DNA of 64,000 nucleotides from Carcharhinus longimanus (GCA_030264375.1 JASCQW010000081.1:35818353-35882352), one strand, 5' to 3'; shown: positions 25,278-37,599, numbered from the stretch's first letter. The notes: generated by a model not told the origin, from the letters alone. Made by a program: numbers and translations.

Positions 25278-25544
25278 TGCAGGGTGTTGATAAAGTGTGG
25301 CTGTATATATAGTGGATGCGTTGGTGGTTAGCTTGCAAAATTTTATAGATTCTGGAATTGTTCCTGTAGATTGGAAGGTAGAAAATATAACCCTAGCACA
25401 TTAAGAAAGGAGGAGACAGAAAACAGAAACTACAGATCTGTTAGTCTGACATCAGAACTAGCAAAAATGTTAGAATCTATTACAGAGGATGTGTTAATAT
25501 GGAAAATAGTGGTAAGATTTGTAGGATAGCTTAATTCTGATAAT

Positions 25545-25690
25545 TAAATGCATTGGCCATGCTAAATTCTCCCTCAGTGTACCCGAACAGGCACCGGAGT
25601 GTGGCGCCTACGGAATTTTCACAGTAACTTCATTGCGGTGTTAATGTAAGCCAACTTGCAACACTAATAAATCAACTTAAAACAACTTAA
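25545..25690 (+). mobile_element. 3' half of HE1-like SINE
   Basis: Matches the 3' part of 23657-23937. Confidence 0.7.
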
Positions 25691-26144
25691 ATTGTATTAA
25701 GGGCATTAGTGAAATAATCAAAATATGTCAACCGAATATGATTTTATGCTTAATTCTGGGACATATGTTCATCACATGACTTGGTCTTGGCATCATATTC
25801 AAACTTAACAAGGTAGGAAAAGCATGTAGCTCTTAAGCCAGTGATGCAAGATGTCATGGTTGACCAGTATTGGTGCAGAACCATCCACCTCACTAGAAAT
25901 TAAAATTATTAGTTGCGTTTCCAAATTCAAAGGCCTATTGTGCAAAGAAAAACAAGTGTTAAAACATTCAATCTGGTGCACTAAGTTGGTGCAGTTTAAC
26001 TTGTGATATTTAAAGAAAGTCACTTTCTCTCACAGTATGTAACCATCTTTGTTTTTGTAAGTTTATAATTAAATTTTGCAATTTTGTCATTGTATGAATC
26101 TTTTAAATTTTAACATGCATTACTTGAATGTGTTTTGCTGTAAA

Positions 26145-26890
26145 ACCATAAGACAAAGGAGCAGAATTATGCCACTTGGCCCAGTAAATCTGCTCTGCCA
26201 TTCAATCATGGTTGATTTTCTTTCAATCCCCATTCTCCTGCCTCTCCCCCATAACCCCTGATCCCCTTATTAATCAAGAACCTATCTACCTCCGTCTTAA
26301 AGATATTCAATGAGCTGGTCTCCATAGCCTGCTGCGACAAAGAGTTCCACAGGTTCACCACTTTCTGGCTGAAGAAATTCCTCCTCAAGTCTGTTTTAAA
26401 GGATTGTCCCTTTAGTCTGAAGTTGTGTCTTCTGGTTCTAGTTTTTCCTACTAGTGGAAACATTCTCTCTATGTCCACTCTATCCAGGCCTCGCAGTATC
26501 CTGAAAGTTTCAATAAGATCCTCCCTCATCCTTCTAAACTGCGAGTATAGATTCAGAGTCCTCAACTGTTCCTCATACGACAAGCTCTTCATTCCATGGA
26601 TTATTCTTGTGAACCTCCTCTGGACTCATTCCAAGACCAGCACATCCTTCCTTAGATATAGGGCCCAAAACTGCTCACAATACTCCATATGGAGTCTGAC
26701 TACAGCCTTATACAGCTTCAGAAGTACATCCCTGCTCTTATATTCTAGCCCTCTCAACATGAATGCTAAAATTGCATTTGCCTTCCAAACATTAACCTTA
26801 AGAGAATCTTGAACAAGGACTCCCAAGTTGCTTTGTGCTTCTGATTTGCTAAGCATTTCCCCATTTGGAAATAGTCTATACTGCATTTAA
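26145..26890 (-). mobile_element. CR1 3' fragment
   Basis: GLEYKSRDVLLKLYKAVVRLHMEYCEQFW; RRNFFSQKVVNLWNSL. Confidence 0.9.
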
Positions 26891-27000
26891 CTCACAGATC
26901 ATTTTCAAACATTGGTTTTATATGTATTTTGTATAAACTTTGTGTAATTTCTGTAACTTTATAAGTTTTGTAAAGCTTTCTATATTTTTAATTTACTTAC

Positions 27001-27121
27001 ACCCAGCACTGACAGATACAACAAAAACATACTGTGGCAAAGCAGTTCTCTCAGCAAAAACACATTGATAAACACCTGTTTCAATGAAGTTCCACAGGAC
27101 ATGCTGATACCTATAAATCAA
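27001..27121 (-). CDS. Candidate exon (121 bp, phase 0-1): LIYRYQHVLWNFIETGVYQCVFAERTALPQYVFVVSVSAG
   Basis: Consensus donor GT|gtaagt at 27000; open frame; acceptor ambiguous (exon start 27121 or 27110). Confidence 0.45.
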
Positions 27122-27457
27122 CTGAACGTTTCAACTGATGAATCTTATGTTCCCTTAGATCACATGCTGTTTTATCTCAAATAAAAATTGACATCAAAAC
27201 CATTCTCACGGATACTCTATACATATACTATATAACTTATAAGTACTACCCATTTTGCAATCTTCCTTATTAACTTTAAGATTGTAAACAAATTGGCCAG
27301 TATATCCTTTATTTTACATGTGAAGTAACTAATTCCAAGTGACCAGAGAGGAAGAAATCACTCAGCAAAAAGGTCTCTAAAACATTCACTGTAGGGATTT
27401 GATTTGATACTAATTAAACAAAGTCAAGATCTCAATCATGCAAACATGATGGCATAC

Positions 27458-27510
27458 TTCTCCTAGCCTGAACAAATGCACAAGGAAGGTATCATAAAAC
27501 ATTCTTTTAT
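27458..27510 (-). CDS. Candidate exon (53 bp, phase 1-0): DKRMFYDTFLVHLFRLGE
   Basis: Strong acceptor aaatttgtttcttcttgcttag, donor GAA|gtatgc; only the phase-1 frame is open. Confidence 0.4.
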
Positions 27511-28812
27511 CTAAGCAAGAAGAAACAAATTTTATTAAGAAATATGGTCCCACATCATAATTGACACCTTAGAGGGCCAGTTGAGGACAATGGGAAATTA
27601 AATCGATAGATGGCCATCACCCTTGAGAAATCAATTAGAAATTGATCATGCACCCCTTAAGACAATTAAGAAATATTCTGGCCTCTTTTAGCCAGTCAGA
27701 ATGTAATATCATTGATCACACTGGTTTATAGCTTGGAAAGAGTTAATGAGCAAGTTGCACAGCAAGTTTTAAACTATGTTGTGCCTGCTATCAATGGGAA
27801 AGCAGAGAACAGAAATTGAGATAACGATTCTCCCAAAACTGCTGAATTGGTGGGAAAACTGTTCTAGATCACAACTGTTTTCTCAGTTCTACTTCTCACT
27901 CAAATCTCCTCTCTATGTGCAATGCAGAGGGCCTAGTCGTGAATCTCACTAAATGCTCGGTGGGGCAGGGCCAAAGAGCCTGAAATTGGCAGGCTGAGTG
28001 AGAACTCACGCATGCACACATTGCTGGGAGATCACAGGAAAGACCTCCCAGCATCCAGATCACTGCCATCCAAACACCATACACATTGCTGGCCTCCATA
28101 ACTTCCCCCCCTCCAAACACATTGGNNNNNNNNNNNNNNNNNNNNNNNNNNNNNNNNNNNNNNNNNNNNNNNNNNNNNNNNNNNNNNNNNNNNNNNNNNN
28201 NNNNNNNNNNNNNNNNNNNNNNNNNNNNNNNNNNNNNNNNNNNNNNNNNNNNNNNNNNNNNNNNNNNNNNNNNNNNNNNNNNNNNNNNNNNNNNNNNNNN
28301 NNNNNNNNNNNNNNNNNNNNNNNNNNNNNNNNNNNNNNNNNNNNNNNNNNNNNNNNNNNNNNNNNNNNNNNNNNNNNNNNNNNNNNNNNNNNNNNNNNNN
28401 NNNNNNNNNNNNNNNNNNNNNNNNNNNNCCCCCTCATCTCCCCCCACACACAGACTCGACTGCTCACTCACCCCATGGATCCAGATAATGCAGGTACCCA
28501 ATCCCTCCATCTCTTGAACATCCTGTCCTCACTGCTGCCCTGCAGAGAACTAGCATTGTGCTAACGTGCACAATCCCACCTTGTGATCTTTCCCTCTCTT
28601 GAATGGGAGCCTCGGATATTACACCCCCCGACACAGTAGCTTATTGAATGGCAACCAATCAGCACCCCAAGGGATAACACTCAACTGAATGCAACCTTCA
28701 AAATTTCTCACAAGTATTTGACTGGCCACACTCACTGCACCTGCATTCTCCGAATAAGCCAAAGCTGTATATAAGCTGCAGGAATGGGCCCACAGCCAGT
28801 CACGTCATAAAG

Positions 28813-30163
28813 GTGTCAACTCATAAACCTGACCCAGATTCACAGAGGCCGACCAGGAGCACCCACTAGATGCCGTGGAGGAGAGGCAGGAGTGGATCTT
28901 CCCCTCACCCAACAGATGCACCTGCCACGGAATTGTGGGAGGAGGTGGCAGAAGCAGTGAATGCCTGGAGCCTGATACCACGCTCTGGCAGGCAGTGTCG
29001 GAAAAAAACTGTACAACCCTCTTCGAGCAGCAAGGGTGAGTGAGCATCCCATTTGGAACCGCGCACGTGCTTGGCACGGATCTCCAACCCTGCTTAGACA
29101 CTTGAAGGGCATGCAACAAGTCACCCTTCCCCCAGGAACAGAATCTAACCCCTTCACCTCACCCCTTAACGAGCACCCTTCAAAGGTGACCGCTTTCTCC
29201 GAAACTGCCAGCACAATGCCCAAGGCACAGGAACGCACAGTGCACCATGCACTGCAATATGTTAATGCTTGCTATCCACCTTATGTTCTCACAGGGAAAA
29301 AACATCCATAATGTATGTGAGATGACACAGTGTGGTGGTGGGTGTGCCTGACCTGCGGCAGCTGACCAGCGTGGAGGAGCGTGCCATGGAGCTGGCAGGG
29401 GGCGATGGGCCAGCCTGACTGGTCACCAACTGCCAGGTCAGCGCCCAGCATGCAAGTGAGCAGAAGTGCACCCTAAACTGAGGCCCTCCTCAAAGTAAAT
29501 TTGCTGCTGCATAGAAAGTTTTGCCTCCCCCCCCCCCTAATTTGTGTTGTTTATTGCAACTCTGGACCCAGAGGAACCCAACCCTTTGGGTTTTGCCATC
29601 ACCCCTGCTGCTCTGGAGCAAACTCCCCACAACCCCTTGGATGACACCTCGGAGGGAGGCACTGAGGAATCCTCCGAGAGTAGCACCACTGAAGCAGCAC
29701 CAGCATGTACCAACACAGAGACGATCACCATGGTGGCTACCTTTAGTGTTGAGGCTTCTGGGTCACGAACTGGTGAGCACATCACACGACACTGATACAC
29801 ATTGGATAGGGGCGCATCCGAGGACTCGGGCACACTGCCGGAGACCAGGATTCAGCTGTCCCCAAGCCAGCAGCTGGGCCTCGGGGTGTGTTCTCCCAAG
29901 GCTGGTGGAGATGCATCAACCCGGGGGGCTGTGGAAAGGCTGTCAGCAACCATGCTGCGACTGCAAGACTGTTTAAGGGAGTCCAACAGAGTGTTGTTGC
30001 AGGAGGTGGTGCTGACACGGCGTGAGACCCAGGCCAACACTGTAGGGGTCTGTACTCATGGTCCAGGTCACCCTGGAGGCACAACGGGCCATGGGTGAGT
30101 GTGTTTCCGGCATCCAGGAGACACAGTGTTTGATGGCCGTGGGCGTTGGGGCATGTGGGAGAC
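28813..30163 (+). pseudogene. Harbinger Myb/SANT DNA-binding gene, copy 1 (exons ~28813-29035, 29295-29455, 29560-gap)
   Basis: PRFTEADQEHPLDAVEERQEWIFP..EEVAEAVNA..WQAVSEK; GT-AG introns; GTG at the position of copy 2's ATG. Confidence 0.75.
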
Positions 30164-31897
30164 NNNNNNNNNNNNNNNNNNNNNNNNNNNNNNNNNNNNN
30201 NNNNNNNNNNNNNNNNNNNNNNNNNNNNNNNNNNNNNNNNNNNNNNNNNNNNNNNNNNNNNNNAGCAGCATATTGAGTGGCAGCCAATCAGCACCCTGAC
30301 GGATGAATGACACTCAACTGAATGCAACCTTCAAATCTTTCACAAGTGTTTGTTGCCGATGGGCCCTTGACTGGCCATACTCACTGCACCTGCACACCCC
30401 TAATGAGCCAGAGCTGTATATAATGGACACACAGCCAGTCACGCCGTAAAGATGGCTGCTTGTAAACTGGCTCCCAGATTTTTGGAGGCAGACTAGGAGC
30501 ATCTGTTAGATGCTGTGGAGGAGAAGTGTCATTGTCTGTTCCCCGGTCAGGGCCCAACCCAAAGCTTGCATCTGCCATGGCATTGTGTGAGGAGGTGGCA
30601 GAAGTGGTGAATGGCAGGAGCCTGACGCTGTTCTCTGGCTGGCAGTGCTGCAAAAAAATGAATGACCTTCCGCGAGCAGCAAAGGTGAGTGAGCATCCCT
30701 CTTGGAACCTCGCACATGATTGGCGTGCATCTCCAATCCTGAAGGCCACGTAACAAGTGACCCTTCACCCAGGAACAGAATCTAACCCTTTCCCCTCACC
30801 CCTCGACAAGCACCCTTCAGTAGTGACCACTTTCCCCAAAAATGTCAACAAAATGCCCGATGCACAGGCACGCTTAGCACAACATGCACTGCAATATGTT
30901 AATGCTTGCTATCCATCTTCTGTTCCCACAGGAAAAAAAAATCCACAATGCACGGGAAATGACACAGACTGATGGTGGTGTGCCTGACCTGCGGCAGTTG
31001 AGTAGCATGGAGGAGCATGCCAAGGAGCTGGCAGGGGGGTGATGGGCCATCCCGAATGGTTATCAACAGCCAGGTCAGTGTAAGCGTGCAACTGAGCAGA
31101 AGTGCACCCTCAACCTTGGTCCTCCTCTAAGTAAGTGCGATGCTGCATGGAATGTTTTGCCTCCTTCTTCCTAATGTGTTTTTTTTCCGAGCTCTGGACC
31201 CAGAGGAACCCGGCCCTTCGGGTGTTGCTGCTGCCCCCGCTGCTCTGGAGCAAACTGCCCACAATCCCCTGGATGACACCTTGGAGGGAGGCACTAAGGA
31301 ATCCTCCGAGAGTAGCACCACTGAAGTGTCAACAGCATGTACCATACAACCCATCAACACAGAGATGAGCACCACAGTGGATAACTTTAGTGTTGAGGCT
31401 TCTGGGTCACGATCTGGTGAGCACATCACAGCCGCTGATGCCACTGATGCACATCGAGTGGAGCAGGGCACATTCAAGGGCTCAGGCACACGGAGGTCTG
31501 CCACAGGCCAGGATTCAGCTGTCCCCAAGTCAGCTGCTAAGCCTCTGGGCTTGTTCCTCCCAAGGCTGGTGGAGATGCATCAGGAAACCCGGGAAGTTGT
31601 GAAGGGCTGTCAGCAACCATGCTGCAACTGCAAGGCTGTTTAGAGGAGTCAAATAGAGTGCTATTGAAGGAGGTGGTGCTAACACAGTGTGAGATCCAGG
31701 CCAACACTGCAAGACTGGTGACTGCAGTGGAAAGTCTGGCTCAGGGGTCTGTCCTCATGGGTGACAGGGTTCAGGCCATGGAGACACTACGGGCCATGGG
31801 CGTATGTTTCTAGCATTCAGGAGGCACAGTGTTCAATGGCCATGGGTGTCAGGGGCATGTGGGAGACACTGCTGGCCTTGGCTGGGTCTCTTGCTGG

Positions 31898-32298
31898 CAT
31901 TCTGGAGACACAGTAATAAGTCTTAACACCAGGTTAAAGTCCAACAGGTTTATTTGTAACAAAAACCACTAGCTTTCGGAACTGGCTGTTCTTTCGTCAG
32001 GTGGGTGGGAGGGAAGTTCCGAAAGCTCATGGTGTTTGCTACAAATGAACCTGTTGGACTTTAACCTGGTGTTGTGAGACTTCTTACTGTGTTTACCCCA
32101 GTCCAACACTGGCATCTCCACATCNNNNNNNNNNNNNNNNNNNNNNNNNNNNNNNNNNNNNNNNNNNNNNNNNNNNNNNNNNNNNNNNNNNNNNNNNNNN
32201 NNNNNNNNNNNNNNNNNNNNNNNNCTGGTGTTGTGAGACTTCTTACTGTGTTTACCCCAGTCCAACACTGGCATCTCCACATCATTCTGGAGACGCAG
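31898..32298. mobile_element. Penelope-derived inverted-repeat insertion (family A) with 16-bp TSD
   Basis: TSD cattctggagac(a/g)cag at 31898-31913 and 32283-32298. Confidence 0.75.
31966..32004 (-). ncRNA. Minimal type-I hammerhead ribozyme motif
   Basis: CCAC-CUGACGA-A-AGAAC-AGCCA-GUUCC-GAAA-GC-UA-GUGG: intact core, stem I CCAC/GUGG, stem II GAAC/GUUC, palindromic AGCU in place of stem III. Confidence 0.7.
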
Positions 32299-33506
32299 CA
32301 GGCAGTGGCTGTGAGCCTCGACAACTTAGCCCAGGCTCAGAGGGTGATTGCTGAGGGACTCCAGAGCTTGGCTTGCTCGTAGAATGCTGTACCGGAGGAG
32401 CTGCGGAGCTTGGCGAGTCTCAGAGGGCCAGGGCTGAGGGATCACACATCATGGGGCAGATGCATTTAGGCCTCCAGGAGACGCCAGAGCTTCTGGAGCT
32501 CAGTCCAGCTACCCAGATGTCCTATGGAGTGCCCCCAGGGGCTCTGGGCACCCCAAATGGGAAAAAGGCATGAGCCCATGTCTGGGACTTCCACCCAGGA
32601 GACCCCGGACATCCGGAGACCTACCAATTCCCCCCCTTCCTCACACTGGGGCATCTCAGGACTTGCGAGATAAACAGGGTGACACTGAAAGAGTGCGATC
32701 CGCAAGTCAGCCGGGGCCCTCCAGGTCCTGGCCACCCAGGGGACATCTGCTAAGGACACCACAGCTGGACATCTCCACCTCCAATGTGCATCCTGGGATA
32801 GCACCTAGAAGAAGCTGTAGACAGCACAAAGTTAGAAAGTTGTAGTTCATTAGAGGGCACATGTGAAGGTCAGCACTAATCAGGGTTTGGTAATCATTTA
32901 TGTTAACAGCACAACAAACTGTTAATTGCACATCATGCTGTGACTAATGTATTGCTCATTCTCTTCTCAGTGTTCCTGACTCCCAAACATAGAGGTGCTC
33001 AACAAGTCTGTTGAGCCTTGCAGACTCAGCCCATGTTTCCCCACCATCCACCAGTCCTACCTACCTTCCCCACCATCCACCAGACCCTTGGTGCAAGTGC
33101 AAGTGACCTGCCCGCCCCCAACAATCTCTTGGCCAAAAACATGTGTCCCCAAACCTTATAGCCATGTGGGTCAGGGTGGCAGCATGAATTCGGAGTACAG
33201 GTAGGAGTAAGACTTGAATTGCGCCGAGGGCAGGATCCTAGTGTGCACAACAGCGAGTCACTGTCATCCTCCAACCTTCAAACAAGACTCGCAACCACTG
33301 CCAGCCCAGACACATTAATAGGATTGGATATTTCTGGGAACAGGGTGGTGTGATGACAGGAGCAGGGAAAGGGTGATGTGATGGTTTGAAGGCCCAGGTC
33401 GATTTGGAGGGGGAATAGCAACTGCACTTGCTCGTGGGGTGTGATGGATATGTGTTGGTTGCATCCCCCTCACTGCACAGCACCAGTTAGGTGAGGCAGG
33501 CTGCAA

Positions 33507-34721
33507 TCAAGGTGACCCTCGTTGCCCTTTCTTGATGGACATCTGCCATCGCCGCCTGCTGTCTTTCCTACGGCACTTCATGTGGTGGGGCGCCCACCTT
33601 GCTGCTCCTCCTCTTCCTGCTCCAGCTAGTCTTCCCACTGCTGGGCTATGTTGTGAAGAGCGCGGCAAACGATCATGATGATCATATGGGCCTCGTTGTA
33701 GCAGGTCTCTGCCTCGGTCTCGGGCCTCCAAAGTGGCAACATCAGCTTTGACCCTAGCGGGGTCACCCAATAGCCATCTCGGGAGTCTGGGCTGGTCTTC
33801 AAGGAGTCCAGGGATGTCTGACTGCCGGGTCACAAAGCTGTCATTGACACTCTCTGAGTGGCATGCATCGACCTGCAAGATCTTGAGCTGATGGTCACAG
33901 ACGATTTGAACGTTCAGGGAATGGAACTCCTTCCGGTTCACAAATCACTACGGCTCTGCATGGGGGGCCTGCAAAGCAATGTGCGTGCCATCCACAATGC
34001 CCTGCACATTCCTGATCCCGGCGATGGAGGCGAAGCCGAGAGCCCAGGCCTCCTGCTGTGCACGGCCCATATTGAACTTAATGAACTGCCCTGCCCAGGC
34101 ATACAGGGCATTTGTGACCTGCCGCACACATCTGTGCACGGAGGCCTGGGGGATCCCAGCTAGGTTGCCACTGGGAGCCTGGAATGACCCAGAAGCATAG
34201 AAATTGAGGGCTGCCATCACCTTCACGTCCACAGGGGGTGGGTGGCCGCCACTCTCCCCAGGTGCCAGGTGTGAGAGCACCTCACAAATGTGATGCACTG
34301 TGGTTTTGGACAAGTTAATAAGTCTGACAACACCAGGTGGAAGTACAACCGATTTATTTGATAGTTTACTATCAAATAAATTGGTTGGACTTAAACCTGG
34401 GGATGTCAGACATCTTACTGTGTTTACCCCAGTCCAACGCCGGCATCTCCACATCATGTTTTGGACAAGCACAGCCGGCGACGGTACATCTCCTGTAACT
34501 TCTTGGCCTAAGCACCCTCTGCCTCCTGTGCACCTTCTTGGAAGCGTGCTCACTCTGGTCCTGAGTGGCAGCCCCCTGTCCTCCTTCCTAGGGTCTGGTA
34601 GTGGCTCCTCTTGCGGTGGTCGCTCCACGCCTGCCACCTCCTGAGATGCCCCCTCTTCCTCCTCCTCCGCCCTTGCTGCCACCAACATGGCCAGCTCCAG
34701 ATCAAGCAAACTGAGATCCAT
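33507..34721 (-). pseudogene. Harbinger (HARBI1-like) DDE transposase, disrupted
   Basis: KVMAALNFYASGSFQ, VQGIVDGTHIAL, NRKEFHSLNVQIVCDH, WLLGD; internal stops, an insertion and deletions. Confidence 0.92.
34303..34469. mobile_element. Short palindromic Penelope-derived insertion (family A) with 12-bp TSD
   Basis: TSD gttttggacaag at 34303-34314 and 34458-34469; hairpin centred on atttatttgatagt-tt-actatcaaataaat. Confidence 0.8.
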
Positions 34722-35788
34722 CTGCACCGTGCGTTTTGGAAAAAGCATACAATGATGGATTATTACCATTGGCTGATAGACCCAGCACTATCTCAATCCC
34801 TCACTTGGGCCAACATCCCCACTTATGGGAACTGGCAACCCCACATAATCCATGGTGCCATGTGTGGCCTGATTGGGGTTGTGTGAGATTGCCATTATGA
34901 CAAATGCTGGCACAGATTATGCAAATCAGTGTGCAGACGTGAGCAATGTGCACCCTTGAGCCATTGCTATGTGTGCAACTGCAACATCTGTTACAGGCAT
35001 GTGTTACTGGTCCAAGTTACAAGGCAGGGACTGAGTGCAAAGCAGCTTCAGGTGTATGCCCCGTGACAGCAGATTCAATGCAATCCTTGTCTGAACCTCT
35101 GCAGCCCGGTCTGGAGCAGCAGCTGCTTCATCTAGTTAGGGCAGCAGATGGTACACTCCTCCCCCACCCCAGAACACCAGCATTTAGGACAGTCCCTGAC
35201 CACACCTCGCAGAAAGACACTGCCACTGCAAAGTGCTGTGGAGGGGAGAGGGGAAGTGGGAGCCCTTGATGCTGCCTCTCACAATGTGCTTCAGTGCTGC
35301 TTAAAGGGGGCGTAAAGGGAGGGGGACAGGCGGGAGCCCTCGAGGACAGACGTCACTTGTCAATGGACCAAAACATGAAAGCAGCAGGTGGAAGGTCACC
35401 AGGCATTTCCAGGGCCTGCCTGCAACATCCCCCGCGCTCTGCTAGCAGCACTTACCTCCTCACACCAGTTCAAGGCTGCTATGCCAGGTTGCGGCTTTTA
35501 ATACCTATTCTGATTTGCGCCAAAATTACATCATGCCAAAGAAGTGGGAGACACAGTCATGGGCAGAGATTGCCATGTGGATTCCGATAATGGCATGCAA
35601 AGGTATGTAAACTTATACTAACAGCGGCTCGCCGATTTTCAGCAGGTTCCCGGCAGCACCATTTTTGTCTAGTTGGGAGATGCACATGAGTTGAAAATAC
35701 TGTCAGGGAACCTGCAAAATGGCAACATGCACATCTCCCAGTTGGACTCGCCAGAAAGGTGGTGGGTCCCGGTGGGAGAATCGCAGCC

Positions 35789-36499
35789 TGAGGGTCAATC
35801 TGACACCAAGGCTGAACCAGACAGAAAGAGCCGTAGTATGTGAGTCAAGTTCTGTCCTGTTTTTAGTGAGTATTAATCAACAACTTATTAAAAATTTCAA
35901 TCTGTCTGATTTGTGGCCATGATCAATGGGATACCTGAGATACAGTCAACCATGAAGGGAAATCAAAATAAACACAGCTGGCTGGAGGATGATAGAAATC
36001 CACTGATTTGTCAGCTGAATCTTTTATGAGGCACCTGTGACACTAGTGTACCTCAAAGAAACGCATTTTAAAAAAAATCACGTTCTCTGCTGTTAAACAG
36101 CTTGGGTTTTTTTATTGTTGCTGGGCTGTTTGCTAGAAGTCCTTTCATTGCTACTTCAGTGGCTTAAATGTTTATTTATACTTTTGGTCTCAGGTACACT
36201 CTGGGACTTTTTATGACCTTGCATTGTTAGGAGGAAGAATGATTGACAGGTCAGGTGACAGGAGCTCTTTCTCTCTGTGTTGAGCTGCTGTTTTAACTTA
36301 GGAGGGGTATGGACATCAGACTGAAAAGCAGAGTTTCTCTCACTCTCTCTCCCTGGTATTGGAAATTCTGCTGATGAGCTGGAAGCACAGCTTTGTGCCT
36401 TCTTGGAGTGAAAATTCTGCAGTTGGTGATTTTGCAGCAAGTACCTAGAGTCTCTCTCTCTTTCCCCCTGGAGTTTGGGAAGCTGTTCTGATTTCAAGC

Positions 36500-36532
<33 letters not shown>

Positions 36533-36884
36533 TCAAGAGAACAGCAGCTTTCAACCAAAGCACTAAGTTCTACCAACACGTGAGCATTTGTACTTGCTGT
36601 GTTCAACCCGTGGTAAGGGTTCTGTTTATGGGGAAGTTTGATTGGAGCATTGTATACATTTGTTAAGGTTTATACAATATCATTGTTGCTTTTTGTTCCT
36701 TGTTTGTAATTGGTGAAGGTTATTGTTAATTTTCTTTCTATACATGTTAACTGTATTCTTAAATAAACTTTGCTTGATAAATGCTGAGTCATACCTGAAG
36801 TGATGCATCTAATGCTCACCATTGCAAACATGATTCAGGCAGGCTTCACAAGACACTTTGGAGTTTCTGACCTGAATTATAACA
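35789..36884 (+). mobile_element. LTR-like sequence, possibly split by the Harbinger (left part ~27702-27819)
   Basis: Ends ...TTATAACA, AATAAA at ~36762, CT/GT tracts; candidate start TGTAATA at 27702; no TSD found. Confidence 0.4.
36501..36531. repeat. (TG)n microsatellite
   Basis: About 15 TG units. Confidence 0.95.
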
Positions 36885-37599
36885 TACTGCACATTAAACA
36901 TTTCAGATCAAAGTGCAAGTACAATAGAGAGGGTTTCAACACAGCTCTGCGTGGGAGAGGGGAAAATCTCTGCTGCAGAATGGAGAGCTGGGGGATGGGG
37001 GTGCATGACGATTAAAGTGACCAGGCCACTTCAGAATTTGCAGAGCTGACAGGCAGGAATACAGATATTGATCACAGGGCTGCCTGAAATCACCATGCCT
37101 GGAGTGATCTTCAGGTCTACCAGGGCTAGAAAGGGCAGTTCAGCCACAAACATCCCCAGCCTGATGGAGAATGGCGAGATCAACATCTTGTACACCTAAT
37201 CCACAGGACTCTTGATATCAATCTGGAAGCAGCAGCAACAAAGGGATAAATGGCCACTGAACGTACCTTCTTGAGCTCCCTCAGGACCCAAGATGCCAGG
37301 CCAGGGTTCAATGCCAGGGGGCATTACACTGCTGGCACTGCTAACTGTTTAGCTGAAGGAAGGCTGAGTGGGGGATCTGAGTGCAATAGGGGCCTGAGTG
37401 GGGAATTGGGTCAGATAAACCGCATGTAAACAGTGTGGGGTTGCGGGGAGGGGAATGCCTCTCATTGCTAGGGTTGGTGGTGCTTCCTTGACCCTTGCAG
37501 TCCAACACACCGGATCCTCGCTTTTGAGGATCTATATGAAAGCCCAGCTGCTGCAATTCCTGCTGCGGAGGAGGGTAAATAGCAACCCCATCTCTCTCA

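Larger units (their letters stand above)
22780..25500 (+). mobile_element. Old CR1 ORF2 with several nested insertions
   Basis: LYLNVCSMCNKVNEL, GDFNLHTDW, DSGIVPVDWKVENIT; interrupted by MITEs, a SINE and Penelope-derived inserts. Confidence 0.75.
30452..32845 (+). pseudogene. Harbinger Myb/SANT DNA-binding gene, copy 2 (exons ~30452-30684, 30932-31091, 31192-32845)
   Basis: MAACKLAPRFLEAD*EHLLDAVEEK..EEVAEVVNG..WQCCKKMNDL; EKKIHNAREMTQTDGGVPDLRQLSSMEE; C-terminal PRRSCRQHKVRKL. Confidence 0.8.
27820..35788. mobile_element. Near full-length decayed Harbinger/PIF transposon (~8 kb including gaps)
   Basis: TIRs GATAACGATTCTCCC / GGGAGAATCGCAGCC, TGA on both flanks (27817-19, 35789-91), convergent Myb/SANT and transposase genes. 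Confidence 0.8.

Noticed and set aside
25805-25895. Possible minus-strand exon after taattttaatttctag
   Set aside because: No convincing donor, and the frame cannot be fixed
27896-28564. Long ORFs running through N tracts (also near 11859, 20172, 29782, 58626 and 62976)
   Set aside because: Open only because Ns contain no stop codons
33948-34769. 273-aa ORF as an intact HARBI1 gene
   Set aside because: It reads through a TSD-flanked insertion by chance, stops before the catalytic core is complete, and lies within TIRs; it is a transposon relic, not the domesticated gene
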